64,000 bases of DNA from Gammaproteobacteria bacterium (GCA_965237805.1 OZ250153.1:1376001-1440000), one strand, 5' to 3'; numbered from the stretch's first letter, positions 1 through 10,809 are shown. A program made the numbers and translations. Notes: generated from the sequence alone by a model not told the origin.

Positions 1-1328
1 GCGAGGCGGTGGGTGCTTTGCAATGGAACGTGGATTGATTCCCCCACCGCAAGGCGTTGTGTAGACTCATCCAGCGTCACTGTGGCGATGCCAGCGGTGA
101 CGACCCAGTGCTCGGCGCGCTGATAGTGGTACTGCAGCGACAGACATTGCCCGGGGTTGACGTGGATGCGCTTGACTTGATGGCCATCACCGCTGGCCAG
201 TTGCTCGAAGAAGCCCCAAGGGCGGTATACCCGTCGATGCACCTCCACTTCCGGGCGTCCCGTGTCGCCCAGCTCCGCCACCAAGGCCTTGACCTCTTGG
301 CTGTGCTGTCGGGATGTGATCAGCACGGCATCGGCGGTCTCCACCGCCACCACATCCTCAATGCCGACAGCCGCCAACAGGCGCGATTCGCTGCGTAGAT
401 AACAGTTGCGCGCATGGTGGCTGCGCACATCGCCGATTTCGACATTGCCAGCGGCATCGTGCGCTTCCTCCTGCCACAGCGTATCCCAAGATCCGATGTC
501 GCTCCAGCCGCAGGCTAGGGCGACCACAGTTGTGCGCGAGCTGTGTTCCATGACTGCATAGTCTATGGAGTCGCTGCGACAGCTGCTGTAGGCCGCCTGC
601 TCGAGCTGCGTCACTGCGCCGTCGGTGGTGGCACCGCGCCATGACTGCCGACAGGCCTTGGCGATGTCGGGTGCGTGGTGATCCAGTGCCTCCAGATAAG
701 TGGTGGCGGGGAGCAAGAACATACCACTATTCCAGTAGTAGTCGCCGCTCTCGCAATATTCCTCGGCGCGAGCCAAGGACGGTTTTTCGATGAAGCGGTC
801 GACGGCGTGTACGCCACGCGCGTCGTCCAAGACCTGCCCGCGGCGAATATAGCCGTAGCCCGTCTCTGGTTTTTCCGGGACGATGCCGAAGGTGCACAGC
901 TGTTGCTTGGCGGCGAATTCGGTAGCGGTTGCCAGCGCACGGCTCAAGGACGCGACATCGCGCACCAAGTGATCTGCCGGCAACACCAGCAATAGGGCAT
1001 CGGGGGATTGCTCAAGGGCGGCGAGTGCGCCGATAGCCACGGCCGGAGCCGTGTTGCGTCCCACCGGTTCGAGCAACAGCTGTGCGGCATCGTCGCCGAG
1101 CCGGTGCAACTCTGCTTTCAGCGCCAGATCCAAGTCGCGGTGGCCAGCGATCAGCATGCGGCCTCTGGGCGGTAGCGCCGCCGCCTCCAGCTGGTCGAGG
1201 CGATCCAGCGTCAGGCGCAACAGGGAGTGTTCGCCTACCAGCGCTTGCAGCTGTTTGGGTTGCCGCTGTCGCGACAGCGGCCATAAGCGCGAGCCGCTGC
1301 CACCAGCGAGGATTAAGGGAACTAGCAT
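1..1328 (-). CDS. manC: Mannose-1-phosphate guanylyltransferase/mannose-6-phosphate isomerase (3' end runs off the window)
   Basis: Manual translation, absent from the ORF track because it has no stop in the window: MLVPLILAGGSGSRLWPLSR..PKQ; SIDYAVME; GWSDIGSW; C-terminal cupin RPWG..LSLQYH..RAEHW. Confidence 0.93.
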   Translation of the reverse strand, partial: MLVPLILAGGSGSRLWPLSRQRQPKQLQALVGEHSLLRLTLDRLDQLEAAALPPRGRMLIAGHRDLDLALKAELHRLGDDAAQLLLEPVGRNTAPAVAIGALAALEQSPDALLLVLPADHLVRDVASLSRALATATEFAAKQQLCTFGIVPEKPETGYGYIRRGQVLDDARGVHAVDRFIEKPSLARAEEYCESGDYYWNSGMFLLPATTYLEALDHHAPDIAKACRQSWRGATTDGAVTQLEQAAYSSCRSDSIDYAVMEHSSRTTVVALACGWSDIGSWDTLWQEEAHDAAGNVEIGDVRSHHARNCYLRSESRLLAAVGIEDVVAVETADAVLITSRQHSQEVKALVAELGDTGRPEVEVHRRVYRPWGFFEQLASGDGHQVKRIHVNPGQCLSLQYHYQRAEHWVVTAGIATVTLDESTQRLAVGESIHVPLQSTHRL

Positions 1329-1564
1329 GAGTGGCGGCAATGGGCGATGTTGTCGGGGATCGCCGCCTGTCTGATGGGCGAGCTGTACGGTCATTTACTT
1401 TAACATAGCCAGCCAGAGAACATCGCCAGAGGGTGGCACTTGCGGGCGCGATTGATACGGCTTTGGCCGTGGTCGATGTGCCTGCCATGCTATACTAATA
1501 AGCTGTTTGTGTGGCCACTCATAAGCGACCATAGCGACCATTTGACTTGGCATTGTCTCATAAT

Positions 1565-2137
1565 ATGATGCGTACGCAGCTGCCGTGGAGGCAGCCCTCA
1601 ACTGAGCGGCCCAGTGCGTTCTCCTACGAGGAACTCATCCGCTGTAGCGAAGGCTTGCTATTCGGCCCGGATGGCCCCACATTGCCGGCTCCGCCGATGC
1701 TGATGTTCGACCGCATTCCACATATCGCCGAAACCGTGGGCGAGCGTGGCAAACGGGGGCGGGTGGATGCTGAATGGACGGTGAAACCAGAACATTGGTT
1801 TTTCAATTGCCATTTTCACAACGATCCAGTCATGCCCGGTTGCCTCGGCTTGGACGCCTTGTGGCAGCTGACGGGCTTCTACATGGGGTGGTTGGGTCAT
1901 CCCGGGCGGGGGCGGGCGCTGGGGGTGGGTAAGGTGCAATTCTCTGGGCAGGTGCGTCCGACAGCCAAGTTGGTGCATTATTCGGTCGAGGTCAAGCGCG
2001 TCTTGGAGCGCGAGGGGATGGCATTGTGCATCGCCAATGGTGAGATGTCGAGCGATGGTGTGCTCTTGTACAGTGCACAGGATCTGCGGGTCGGACTGTT
2101 TGTCGATTTGGATGCTTTCGGAAATAGTGCAGGGTGA
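1565..2137 (+). CDS. fabA: 3-hydroxyacyl-ACP dehydratase/isomerase FabA
   Basis: LPAPPMLMFDRI, WFFNCHF.NDPVMPGCLGLDALWQL; lies directly upstream of fabB. Confidence 0.95.
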   Translation: MMRTQLPWRQPSTERPSAFSYEELIRCSEGLLFGPDGPTLPAPPMLMFDRIPHIAETVGERGKRGRVDAEWTVKPEHWFFNCHFHNDPVMPGCLGLDALWQLTGFYMGWLGHPGRGRALGVGKVQFSGQVRPTAKLVHYSVEVKRVLEREGMALCIANGEMSSDGVLLYSAQDLRVGLFVDLDAFGNSAG

Positions 2138-2146
2138 TGGGGGCTG

Positions 2147-3424
2147 GTGATGAGTAGTTCAAGGCGGGTTGTTGTCACGGGGTTGGGCATTATTTCGTGC
2201 ATCGGCAACGATCAGCACAGTGTGCTCCAATCCATGCGTGAGGGGCGTTCCGGGCTGAGTTTTGCCGAATCCTATTGCGAGGTTGGCATGAAAAGTCAAG
2301 TGGTTGGGCGCGTCTCAGTCGACCCCAAACCGCATATCGCCCGCCAGCACTTGCGTTTTATGAACGATGCCTCGGTCTACGCCTGCCTGTCGCTACAACA
2401 GGCCATCGAAGATGCCGGGCTCGAGCCGGATGTGGTGTCCAATGTGCGCACCGGGGTGATCGCTGGCTCCGGTGGCAACTCCACGGTGGATGTCATCGAG
2501 ACGGCGGATCATGTGCGTGCGGGCAAGTTGCGCGCTGTGGGTCCCTACCGTGTGCCGCGTGCGATGTCGAGCTCGGTGTCGGCCTGTTTGGCGGCCAGCT
2601 TTCGTATCCGCGGAGTCAACTACAGTATTTCTTCTGCCTGTGCCACCAGCGCGCATTGCATCGGCAATGCAGCGCAATTGATCGCCTCTGGTCAGCAAGA
2701 TGTGGTCTTCGCCGGTGGTGGTGAAAGCGAGCACTGGTCTTTGAGCTGCATGTTCGACAGCATGCATGCCCTGTCGACCTCATGGAATGATGAGCCGACG
2801 CGCGCCTCGCGCGCCTATGACAAAGACCGCGACGGATTTGTCATCGCCGCTGGCGGCGGCATGGTGGTGTTGGAGTCGCTCGAGCATGCCGAAAAGCGCG
2901 GCGCGCCGCAGATCTATGCCGAGCTGGCGGGCTACGGTGCCACCGCTGACGGCGGCGGCATGGTGCTGGCCGAAACTCCCGACGGCGCTATTGCCTGCAT
3001 GCGCCAAGCCCTGTCGGGGATGGGTGGCAATGGGTTGGAGGATGGCGTGGAACTCGATTATGTCAACACCCACGGTACCAGTACGCCGCAGGGGGATCTC
3101 CAAGAACTGCGTGCTCTGCGCGAAGTGTTTGGCGAGCACATACCACCATTCAGCTCGACCAAGTCGCTGACCGGTCATTCCTTGGGAGCGACCGGGGCAC
3201 AGGAAGCGATCTATTGCCTGTTGATGATGCGCGAGAATTTTATCGTCGCCTCGGCCAATGTCGACCAACTCGACCCGGCTATCGACGAGGAATTCGGCGC
3301 GGTGCCGCTGGTCACCGAAAGACGCGACCAAGTGCGGCTCGACAATGTGCTGAGCTCCAGTTTTGGCTTTGGCGGCACCAATGCGGCGCTACTTTTCCGG
3401 CGTTGCGAGAGCGCCACAGCTTAG
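2147..3424 (+). CDS. fabB: Beta-ketoacyl-ACP synthase I
   Basis: [11 protein letters not shown] (catalytic Cys), [25 protein letters not shown]. Confidence 0.93.
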   Translation: MMSSSRRVVVTGLGIISCIGNDQHSVLQSMREGRSGLSFAESYCEVGMKSQVVGRVSVDPKPHIARQHLRFMNDASVYACLSLQQAIEDAGLEPDVVSNVRTGVIAGSGGNSTVDVIETADHVRAGKLRAVGPYRVPRAMSSSVSACLAASFRIRGVNYSISSACATSAHCIGNAAQLIASGQQDVVFAGGGESEHWSLSCMFDSMHALSTSWNDEPTRASRAYDKDRDGFVIAAGGGMVVLESLEHAEKRGAPQIYAELAGYGATADGGGMVLAETPDGAIACMRQALSGMGGNGLEDGVELDYVNTHGTSTPQGDLQELRALREVFGEHIPPFSSTKSLTGHSLGATGAQEAIYCLLMMRENFIVASANVDQLDPAIDEEFGAVPLVTERRDQVRLDNVLSSSFGFGGTNAALLFRRCESATA

Positions 3425-3941
3425 GCAGGCGCTGCTTTTTGCGCCGCTGCTAGCCGCCTTATCGCTGGCCTTGGCGGTCGCGCAGGCCGCCGCGCCGCTG
3501 GCGACCGATACGGCGGTGCCATTGGAGCGCATCGACATCCTGACAGGGCGTTGTAGCAGCACGCCACAGCGCTTGCGCTATGCGGTGGAGTTGGCCGCCG
3601 ATCCAGCGGCTCGCCGCCGCGGCCTGCAGCAGCGCGAACAGCTGCCGGACGACCGGGGGATGCTGTTTTTGTGGTCGGGTAGCGCTCGGCGCGCCATGTG
3701 GATGAAGGACACCTCGATCCCCCTCGATATGCTGTTCTTGGCTGCCGATGGCCGTATCTTGGCGCTCGAATCGGCGCAGCCTCGCTCCGAACGTATCATC
3801 TCCCCGCCAGTGGCGGCGCTGGCGGTATTGGAATTGGCTGGCGGCACGGCGGAGCGCCTCGGCATCTGCGACGGCGATCGAGTGCGCTCGAAGCGCCTAA
3901 GACCCAAGGCTAGCTTGCCAGCATTGCCCGCGCCCCTTTGA
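3381..3941 (+). CDS. DUF192 family exported protein
   Basis: VELA...[30 protein letters not shown]; hydrophobic N-terminal signal; start uncertain and overlaps the fabB end. Confidence 0.8.
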   Translation: MRRYFSGVARAPQLRQALLFAPLLAALSLALAVAQAAAPLATDTAVPLERIDILTGRCSSTPQRLRYAVELAADPAARRRGLQQREQLPDDRGMLFLWSGSARRAMWMKDTSIPLDMLFLAADGRILALESAQPRSERIISPPVAALAVLELAGGTAERLGICDGDRVRSKRLRPKASLPALPAPL

Positions 3942-4044
3942 TGGCCGCCGTGGGCACAGTCTCACAGGCTGCCAAGTATTGGTGAGCTGAGATTCCGCTA
4001 TTATGTTGGCCATCTCTCAGCAAGATCTCGGTAGGATGTGAGGC

Positions 4045-5442
4045 ATGGCACAACTCGAAGTTTGGCTCAACAGCTTGGTCGGCGTGGTGTGGAATTGGCC
4101 GGTGGTCATCCTGTGCCTGGGAGCTGGCTTTTTTCTGACAGTGTTCACTGGTTTTGTCCAATTCAGAGGCTTCGGTCTCGCCTTGGACATTGTGCGTGGC
4201 AAATATGACAGTGCGGCCGACCGCGACCAAGGCAATCTCAGCCATGCCCAAGCGCTGTTCGGCGCGATTTCCGCCACGGTAGGCCTTGGCAACATCGCCG
4301 GTGTCGCCATTGCCATCGTCGTCGGCGGGCCGGGAGCACTGTTGTGGATGTGGCTGATCGGCCTGCTCGGCATGGCGACCAAATTCGCCGAGTGCAGCCT
4401 CGGCACCCTCTACCGAGAGCGGGATTCACAGGGCACATGGCGCGGCGGGCCGATCTACTACATCACGCGTGGCCTGCCGGAGAGTTTCCCCAACTGGGGT
4501 CATCGCGTGGCGCGCCCGATGGCCGCTACCTTTGCTGTGCTGTGTATCTTCGGTGCCTTTGGTGGCGGCAATATGTTCCAGGCCAACCAAGTCGCCCAAT
4601 TGCTGCAGGTGAACTTCCATGTGCCGCCGACGATGACCGGCATTGTGCTGGCCGCTCTGGTCGGCACGGTGATCATCGGCGGTATCCGCCGTATCGGGCA
4701 GGTGGTCAGCCTGCTGGTTCCCTTCATGTGCGGGATCTATGTGTTGGCCGCCTTTGCCATCTGCCTGTGGCACATCGCTGACATGCCGCAGGTGCTGGCC
4801 GTGATCTTCAGCGATGCCTTCAGCGGCGAGGCGGCTGCCGGTGGCGTGGTCGGCACGGTGATCATCACCGGTATCCGCCGTGCGGTCTTCTCCAGTGAGG
4901 CGGGGATCGGCTCGGCACCGATGATGCACGCCACCGCCCGTTGTGCGACCCCGATACGCCAAGGCTATGTCGCCCTGTTGGAGCCCTTCCTCGACACCAT
5001 CGTCGTCTGCTCCGCCACCGGTTTTGTCATCGTTCTGAGCGGTCTCTACGGCTCGGCGGAGGGGCTCGGTGGCGCAGCGCTGACCGCCACGGCTTTCGAG
5101 CATTTCTTGCCGGGCTTTGGGCGCTACTTCCTCGTCATCGCCGCCAGCATGTTCGCTTTTTCCACCGCGATCACTTGGTTCCACTACAGCCAGACATCCG
5201 CCCGTCACCTATTTGGCGACCGCATACTGGAGCCGATCAAGTGGCTGTTTGTGGCGGCCATCTTCGTCGGTGCCGTATGGAAATTGGAAGCGGTGATCGC
5301 CTTCACCGACATCGCCTTTGGTCTGATGGTGATTCCCAATCTGATCGCCGTGCTGCTACTCTCGGGCCGCTTGCGAGGCATGATGAAGGAGTTCGAGGCG
5401 GAGCGGGCGCAATTGGAGCGCCAGTCAGTCAGGGGCGAGTAG
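4045..5442 (+). CDS. Sodium:alanine/glycine symporter (AGCS family)
   Basis: ATVGLGNIAGVA, GGPGALLWMW, GGPIYYI, FSSEAGIGSAP; many transmembrane segments. Confidence 0.92.
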   Translation: MAQLEVWLNSLVGVVWNWPVVILCLGAGFFLTVFTGFVQFRGFGLALDIVRGKYDSAADRDQGNLSHAQALFGAISATVGLGNIAGVAIAIVVGGPGALLWMWLIGLLGMATKFAECSLGTLYRERDSQGTWRGGPIYYITRGLPESFPNWGHRVARPMAATFAVLCIFGAFGGGNMFQANQVAQLLQVNFHVPPTMTGIVLAALVGTVIIGGIRRIGQVVSLLVPFMCGIYVLAAFAICLWHIADMPQVLAVIFSDAFSGEAAAGGVVGTVIITGIRRAVFSSEAGIGSAPMMHATARCATPIRQGYVALLEPFLDTIVVCSATGFVIVLSGLYGSAEGLGGAALTATAFEHFLPGFGRYFLVIAASMFAFSTAITWFHYSQTSARHLFGDRILEPIKWLFVAAIFVGAVWKLEAVIAFTDIAFGLMVIPNLIAVLLLSGRLRGMMKEFEAERAQLERQSVRGE

Positions 5443-5453
5443 TTTGGCACGAT

Positions 5454-6701
5454 TCACCCCTCCCGCAACGGCAATACTTCCAGCCAATCGCCCGCGCTGA
5501 TTGCCACATCGGCCGGGATGCGGGCGAGGCAATCGGCATCGGCCAGCGGGCGCAATGCGCCCGAGCTTTGATGCGAGAGCGGGTGCACAGCGATGTCGCC
5601 ATCGGCATCTTGTCGCAGTGCGGCGCGCACATATTCTTCACGCCGGTTGGCAACGCGGTCGAAAGTCGCGCGGGCGCGCAGTGTCGGTGTGGATTCTGGC
5701 TCCGCACCCTGCAGGCGCAACAGACAGGGGCGCACCAGCACGCGGAAGCAGATGAACACCGCTGCCGGATTGCCGGGCAGGCCGAATAGCGGCACTTCGC
5801 CCACCGTGCCGAATAGCAACGGCTTGCCGGGTTTGATCGCCACCCGCCACAGCTTGGTGCCACCGCGCTCTGTCACCACCATGCGCAGGATGTCGCGTTC
5901 GCCGACCGAGACGCCGCCTGTGCTGATGATGCAGTCTGCCGTCGCCGCCAAGCTATCGAGACGTTCGCTCAGCATGGCGTGGTCGTCGGGGGCGATGCCG
6001 CCGTCCACGGCTTCCATCCCCAGTGCTTCGATCAGGCTGAGCAAGGTGGGGCGGTTGGAGTTGTATGGGCAGCGCGGTGCCGATGCGGGTGGAGCGCCGG
6101 GTTCCAGCAGCTCATCGCCGGTGGATAGCACGGCGACCCGCAGCGGGGCGCGCACCGGCACACTGGCGATGCCCGCCGCAGCTAACAGGCCGATGTCTTG
6201 GGGCATCAGGCGGCGGCCAGCGGGCAACAGCGGTGCGCCTTGGACGAAATCCTCGCCGCGGCGGCGCACATAGCGCCCAGCGGGCGGCGGCTCGTCGTCC
6301 ACCGCCACCGCCACACCGGCATCGCTGAGCGTCGCCTGCTCCTGTGGCAGCACCACATCGGCACCCTTCGGCATCGGTGCACCGGTGAAGATGCGCGCGG
6401 CTGTGCCCGCAGCCAGCGGTTGCGCTTCGGCACCGGCCGGCAGGTACTGGGCGACAGGCAGTGGCGTACGGTGGGCGAAATCGACGGCGCGGGCGGCGTA
6501 GCCGTCCATGGCGCTGTTGTCAACTGGTGGCGCGGCGACCAGCGCCTGTTGCGCGGCGGCCAGCACCCGGCCTGCGGCGGCCACCAGTCCCAGCTCTTCT
6601 GTGTTTTTGCTGAGCGGTGCCAGCTCCGCCAGCATCTGTTTCAGCGCCAGTGCGACCGGTAGGGGTGGTGGTGGGGTGGGGTTGGTTTCGGTCACCATCA
6701 T
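5454..6701 (-). CDS. moeA: Molybdopterin molybdotransferase MoeA
   Basis: SAMDGYA, IFTGAPMP, STGDEL, TGGVSVGE.D, IKPGKP, GLPGNP; true start lies inside the longer ORF 5454..7076. Confidence 0.93.
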   Translation of the reverse strand: MMVTETNPTPPPPLPVALALKQMLAELAPLSKNTEELGLVAAAGRVLAAAQQALVAAPPVDNSAMDGYAARAVDFAHRTPLPVAQYLPAGAEAQPLAAGTAARIFTGAPMPKGADVVLPQEQATLSDAGVAVAVDDEPPPAGRYVRRRGEDFVQGAPLLPAGRRLMPQDIGLLAAAGIASVPVRAPLRVAVLSTGDELLEPGAPPASAPRCPYNSNRPTLLSLIEALGMEAVDGGIAPDDHAMLSERLDSLAATADCIISTGGVSVGERDILRMVVTERGGTKLWRVAIKPGKPLLFGTVGEVPLFGLPGNPAAVFICFRVLVRPCLLRLQGAEPESTPTLRARATFDRVANRREEYVRAALRQDADGDIAVHPLSHQSSGALRPLADADCLARIPADVAISAGDWLEVLPLREG

Positions 6702-6708
6702 GTCGATG

Positions 6709-7260
6709 TCAGTGTCCGGCACCGCGTAGCACGCCAGCGAAATTGCAGGGGCGGTGGCGGCTGTCCAGCTGCTCGGCCAATATCTCTTCCCAAGCGAGGC
6801 GGCAGGCACCAGTGGAGCCCGGCAGACAGAAGATGACCGTGCTGTTGGCGAGCCCGGCCGTGGCTCGAGACTGTATCGTCGACGAGCCGATGTCCGCCAG
6901 CGAGAGGTGGCGGAATAGCTCGCCGAAGCCGAGGATCTCCTTATCGAATAGCACACCCACAGCCTCCGGCGTCGAGTCGCGCCCGGAAAAGCCGGTGCCG
7001 CCGTTGACCAGCACCACCTCGACCTCGGGGTCGGCGACCCAGGCCGAGACCACGGCGCGGATGCGGTAGATATCATCGGGCACGATGCGCTTCTCGTGCA
7101 GCTGGTGGCCGTGGGCGCGCAGCTGCTCGACCAGATAGGCTCCTGAGCTGTCCTCGGCCTCGCCGCGGGAGTCCGATACGGTTAGCACACAGGCGCAGAG
7201 CGGTAGGCGCTCGGTGGCGATGTCACTTGCCTTGCCCGCTTGCTGCGCCATCTTTGCCAT
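6709..7260 (-). CDS. moaB: Molybdenum cofactor biosynthesis protein B
   Basis: VLTVSDSR, GGTG..RDSTPEA, STIQSRA, LPGSTGAC, HRPCNF. Confidence 0.93.
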   Translation of the reverse strand: MAKMAQQAGKASDIATERLPLCACVLTVSDSRGEAEDSSGAYLVEQLRAHGHQLHEKRIVPDDIYRIRAVVSAWVADPEVEVVLVNGGTGFSGRDSTPEAVGVLFDKEILGFGELFRHLSLADIGSSTIQSRATAGLANSTVIFCLPGSTGACRLAWEEILAEQLDSRHRPCNFAGVLRGAGH

Positions 7261-7369
7261 TATCTCACTTGCTGACAGGAGTCGGGAGTGACTGTACCCA
7301 GAGTGTTCGTCACATTATAAAGAAGAGCTTTGGGCCGCGGCGCGGCGATGCGCCTGAATTCATGTCAAT

Positions 7370-7378
7370 TGCTATAAT
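7370..7378 (+). promoter_or_regulatory. Putative extended -10 promoter (TGcTATAAT) for yaaA
   Basis: Perfect TGnTATAAT ending 27 nt upstream of the yaaA ATG. Confidence 0.5.
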
Positions 7379-7405
7379 TGCCGCCGACACGTTGCGGAAT
7401 ACACC

Positions 7406-8176
7406 ATGCTCGCCGTACTGTCCCCGGCCAAGACGCTGGATTTTGAATCGCCATTGGCGACGCGCCGCCACAGCCAGCCCACCTTCCTAGCCGAGACCGC
7501 CGAGTTGGCGGGGCAGCTGCGGGGCTTGCCGCCATCGCGCTTGGGGGCCTTGCTGGGAGTGAGCGAGCCGTTGGCACGGCTGAACTGCGAGCGCTACCGC
7601 GCTTTCAGCACGCCCTTCAGTCCGGCTAATGCGCGTCCCGCGGTCTTGGCCTTCAAAGGCGATGTCTACCGCGGCCTGCAGGCCGCGGAGTTCTCGACTG
7701 AGGATTTCCGTTTTGCACAGCGCCATTTGCGCATCCTGTCGGGCTTTTACGGTTTGTTGCGCCCGCTGGATCTGATCCAGCCCTACCGCTTGGAGATGGG
7801 CACACGCCTGGCCAACGCCAAGGGCGAAGATCTCTATGCTTTCTGGGGCGATCGCTTGGCGAGGGCGACGACCAAGGCCTTAGGCACGGTCGGCGGCGGC
7901 GCGTTGTTAAACTTGGCCTCCAACGAGTATTTCAAAGTATTGGACAGTGGCGACTTGGCGGTACCGGTGATAGCCCCGGCCTTTTTGGATTACAAGAATG
8001 GCCGCTACAAGATGATCAGCTTCTACGCCAAGCGGGCGCGCGGTGCCATGGCCGGATGGGTCGTGCGGCAGCGGGTGGAGGATACGGCCAGAGTGGTGGA
8101 CTTCGTGGAGGGCGGCTACTGCTACTCGGCTGGCGATTCGACCGCGGACAGGCCGGTGTTCACGAGGCGGGGGTGA
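7406..8176 (+). CDS. yaaA: Peroxide stress protein YaaA
   Basis: SPAKTLD, FKGDVYRGL, ILSGFYGLLRPLD.IQPYRLEMG, NLASNEY, SFYAKRARG. Confidence 0.95.
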   Translation: MLAVLSPAKTLDFESPLATRRHSQPTFLAETAELAGQLRGLPPSRLGALLGVSEPLARLNCERYRAFSTPFSPANARPAVLAFKGDVYRGLQAAEFSTEDFRFAQRHLRILSGFYGLLRPLDLIQPYRLEMGTRLANAKGEDLYAFWGDRLARATTKALGTVGGGALLNLASNEYFKVLDSGDLAVPVIAPAFLDYKNGRYKMISFYAKRARGAMAGWVVRQRVEDTARVVDFVEGGYCYSAGDSTADRPVFTRRG

Positions 8177-8224
8177 GTGGGAGCTCGCACTAGGCGGGAC
8201 TGTGTAAAGATGTGGGGTGGCAAC

Positions 8225-9954
8225 TTAGTCTGTGTTTTGTGTGTTTTCTAGAGCCCGTGCTTTGTCGAAATCAGCGCTTGCCTTGTCGTGTTGCCCCAAG
8301 CTGTTATAGGCCGCGCCGCGATTGCGATAGATTGCCGCATTATTTGGGTCTAGTTCAATGGCCAGATCAAAATCTTCAATTGCGTCTTCATATTTCTCCA
8401 ATTTCATTTTTGCAGTGCCGCGATTGTTATAGCTTGCCGCATCATTCGGGTCTAGTTCAATGGCTCGATCATAATCTTCAATCGCGTCTTCATATTCCCC
8501 TAATTTCACTTTTGCATCGCCACGATTGCGATATGCCGAATTCCTGGGGTCTAGTTTAATGGACTGATCATAATCTTCAATCGCGTCTTTATATTTCCCC
8601 AATTCAAATTTTGCATAGCCGCGCTGTCGATAGCTTTCCGAATCATTCGGGTCTAGTTCAATGGCCCGATCATAATCTTCAATCGCGTCTTTATATTCCC
8701 CAAATTTCACTTTTGAATACGCCGCGATTGTGATAGATTGCCAAATTCTTTGGGTCTAGTTTAATGGACTGATCATAATCTTCAATCGCGTCTTCATATT
8801 TCCCCAATTTCACTTTTGCATAGCCGCGATTGTGATAGCTTGCCGCATTCATTTGGGTCTAGTTTAATGGCTGATCATAATCTTCAATTGCGTCTTCATA
8901 TTTCCCCAATTTCACTTTTGCATAGCCGCGATTGTGATAGCTTGCCGAATTCTTTGGGTCTAGTTTAATGGCTGATCATAATCTTCAATCGCGTCTTCAT
9001 GTTGATCCAACTGTCTTCTTGCATAGCCGCGATTGCGATAGGCAGTCGCATTATTCTGGTCTAGTGCAATGGCTTTATTGTATCGCAATATGGCTTCTTC
9101 ATATTTGCCTTGTTGACTAGATTCAATACCTCTTTTTATGAAAAAATCTGCTGATGGTGTGCGCACCTTGTACCACCTTGCATAGCCATGAGGGTCAGGG
9201 AATAATTTGGTTGCTTCAATGCCATAATAGTTTTCTAATCGATCTAATATACGCTGCTTTGATGCTTTATCTATCAGTACACTTTGGCCGGCCGCCCCAA
9301 GCGCCTTGGGATCTTCAGGCCAGCCCAATATGAAGTAAGAATCTTGCGCTTTGGTTCTATCCGTCAAATGTTGGCTCTTCCATTTGTACCACTCCGGAGG
9401 CATTGATGGCATGGAAGTTCTGCTCTCCTCTGAGGCTGGTGGCTTGACCTTAATCAACTCATCCAGACGCGCCTTCTCGCCGTTGTTCAGCGCATCATGG
9501 CTCAAATCATTAAAAATAGTTTGGCTGGTGTCAAGTGCTACGATTTTCCCGTGTGCGCCTTGCTGTTTTCTTGCCCTGGAAGGTTGCCTGTGCTACAGGA
9601 AAACCACAAGGCGGTTAGTGGGTTTCAGCTAAAATCTATCAGCATTGTGCGGGCGTGATCATGTTGTAAGTTGGCCATTAATTCCAAGTCAGATAGTCGG
9701 CGTGTCCGGCCTATTTCATCATACAATCTCTCCCTTGCCCCCTCGAGTAGAGCATCTAATTTTTGACTATAAATAGCATGTATGTTTGGGTTGTCATGAT
9801 CATCGTCATCTATCTCCCTATAGACTGCAGATGACAAGTCAAAGGCTTCATCGTGCAAGCCACGATACACACAGGAACTGTAGTCTTCAAAAGACAAGCT
9901 TTCAACCCAATCGACAAACTCACTAACATCGCTAATGATCGGCTGATCACCCAT
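8225..9954 (-). pseudogene. FRG-domain plus TPR-repeat protein, disrupted (or mis-assembled)
   Basis: FRG motifs YRG, LQH..TMLIDFS*NPLTALWFSC (in-frame TGA at 9625-9627), R..AQDSYF and YGI....LFPD. Frameshift near 9545 and four 1-nt indels in the TPR array. AT-rich relative to the flanks. Confidence 0.75.
8250..9110 (-). repeat. Tandem ~102-bp repeats encoding about 8 TPR units
   Basis: Anchor (g/t)ggtctagt recurs at 8346, 8448, 8547, 8649, 8752, 8855, 8956 and 9057; unit protein is YEDAIEDYD.AI.LDP...Y.NRG. Confidence 0.9.
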
Positions 9955-9987
9955 CGCTTCTGATCACTCTTGCCAGTTGCACTGTGC

Positions 9988-10809
9988 TCATTTTATACTC
10001 GCTGCCGCCAGCTGCGCCTCAGCGCATTCTCCCGCCAATCTCCGCTCGGCCAACTTGCAGTATTCTGCGGATATTTCCATCCCCAAATAATTGCGCCCGT
10101 GCCGGGCGGCCATGACGCAGCTGGTGCCGCTACCACACATGGGATCCAGCACCATGGCACCCGGCTCGGTGAAGCACCGGATGAGATCCTCGGCCAATTT
10201 GTCCGGGAAGGTGGCCGGGTGCTCAGACTTCAGCCGGTTACCCTCGGTGTTGCTGGCAGCATAGCGCCATACGGTGCCTCGGCACTTTTCCGGCTGGACC
10301 GCCTTGGGTGCGATGTGCTTGAAACCGCCGCTTGTCAGCCGGTCTGTTCCGGTGTAGATCTTGCCTGCGTGCTTGCTCGGCACCAGCAAGTGCTGTTTAT
10401 CAAAATACTTGGGCTTTTTGCCTTTTAGAAATAACAGGATGTACTCATGGTCGACGCGAAAGCGCGTGTTCCACCACGCACCGGGATTGCCGTGCCGGTA
10501 ATAGATGCAACATTCAAACAGCCGCCAGCCCTGATGCTCGCACCAATCCACCGCCAGTTTAAAGCTGCTCAGCGATTTGGCGAAGTGCTTGGTGCTGTCG
10601 CCGATGACGACCGCGCAGATGCCGCCCTCTTTGCTGAGCCGGTATAAATTGCGCCCCAAGGCTTGAAAATCAACACGCCATTCCCCACGGTAGTTGCGCA
10701 CTTCATCGTAGGGAGGCGAAAACAAGCTGAGATCGACCGACGCTGCTGGCAATGCGCTAGTCAATGGCACACAATCGCCGAGTAGGATGCGGTTTTTAGG
10801 GATTGTCAT
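9988..10809 (-). CDS. Site-specific DNA methyltransferase (N4/N6 family, beta class), orphan
   Basis: Motif IV SPPY near the N-terminus; HPATFP and motif I VLDPMCGSGTS near the C-terminus. Confidence 0.9.
   Translation of the reverse strand: MTIPKNRILLGDCVPLTSALPAASVDLSLFSPPYDEVRNYRGEWRVDFQALGRNLYRLSKEGGICAVVIGDSTKHFAKSLSSFKLAVDWCEHQGWRLFECCIYYRHGNPGAWWNTRFRVDHEYILLFLKGKKPKYFDKQHLLVPSKHAGKIYTGTDRLTSGGFKHIAPKAVQPEKCRGTVWRYAASNTEGNRLKSEHPATFPDKLAEDLIRCFTEPGAMVLDPMCGSGTSCVMAARHGRNYLGMEISAEYCKLAERRLAGECAEAQLAAASIK

Noticed and set aside
3942-4044. Glycine riboswitch upstream of the alanine/glycine symporter
   Set aside because: Only a ctctcag fragment is present; the GGAGA and CCGAAG core elements are missing and the space is short.
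7261-7405. Moco riboswitch upstream of moaB
   Set aside because: No recognisable conserved structure; the spacer is explained by divergent -10 boxes.
8250-9110. Regular ~102-bp repeats as a CRISPR array
   Set aside because: The units are whole TPR-coding repeats with no unique spacers, and no cas genes are present.
9625-9627. In-frame TGA as selenocysteine or genetic-code reassignment
   Set aside because: TGA is the normal stop for many genes here, the position is not a catalytic Cys site, and the gene has other lesions.
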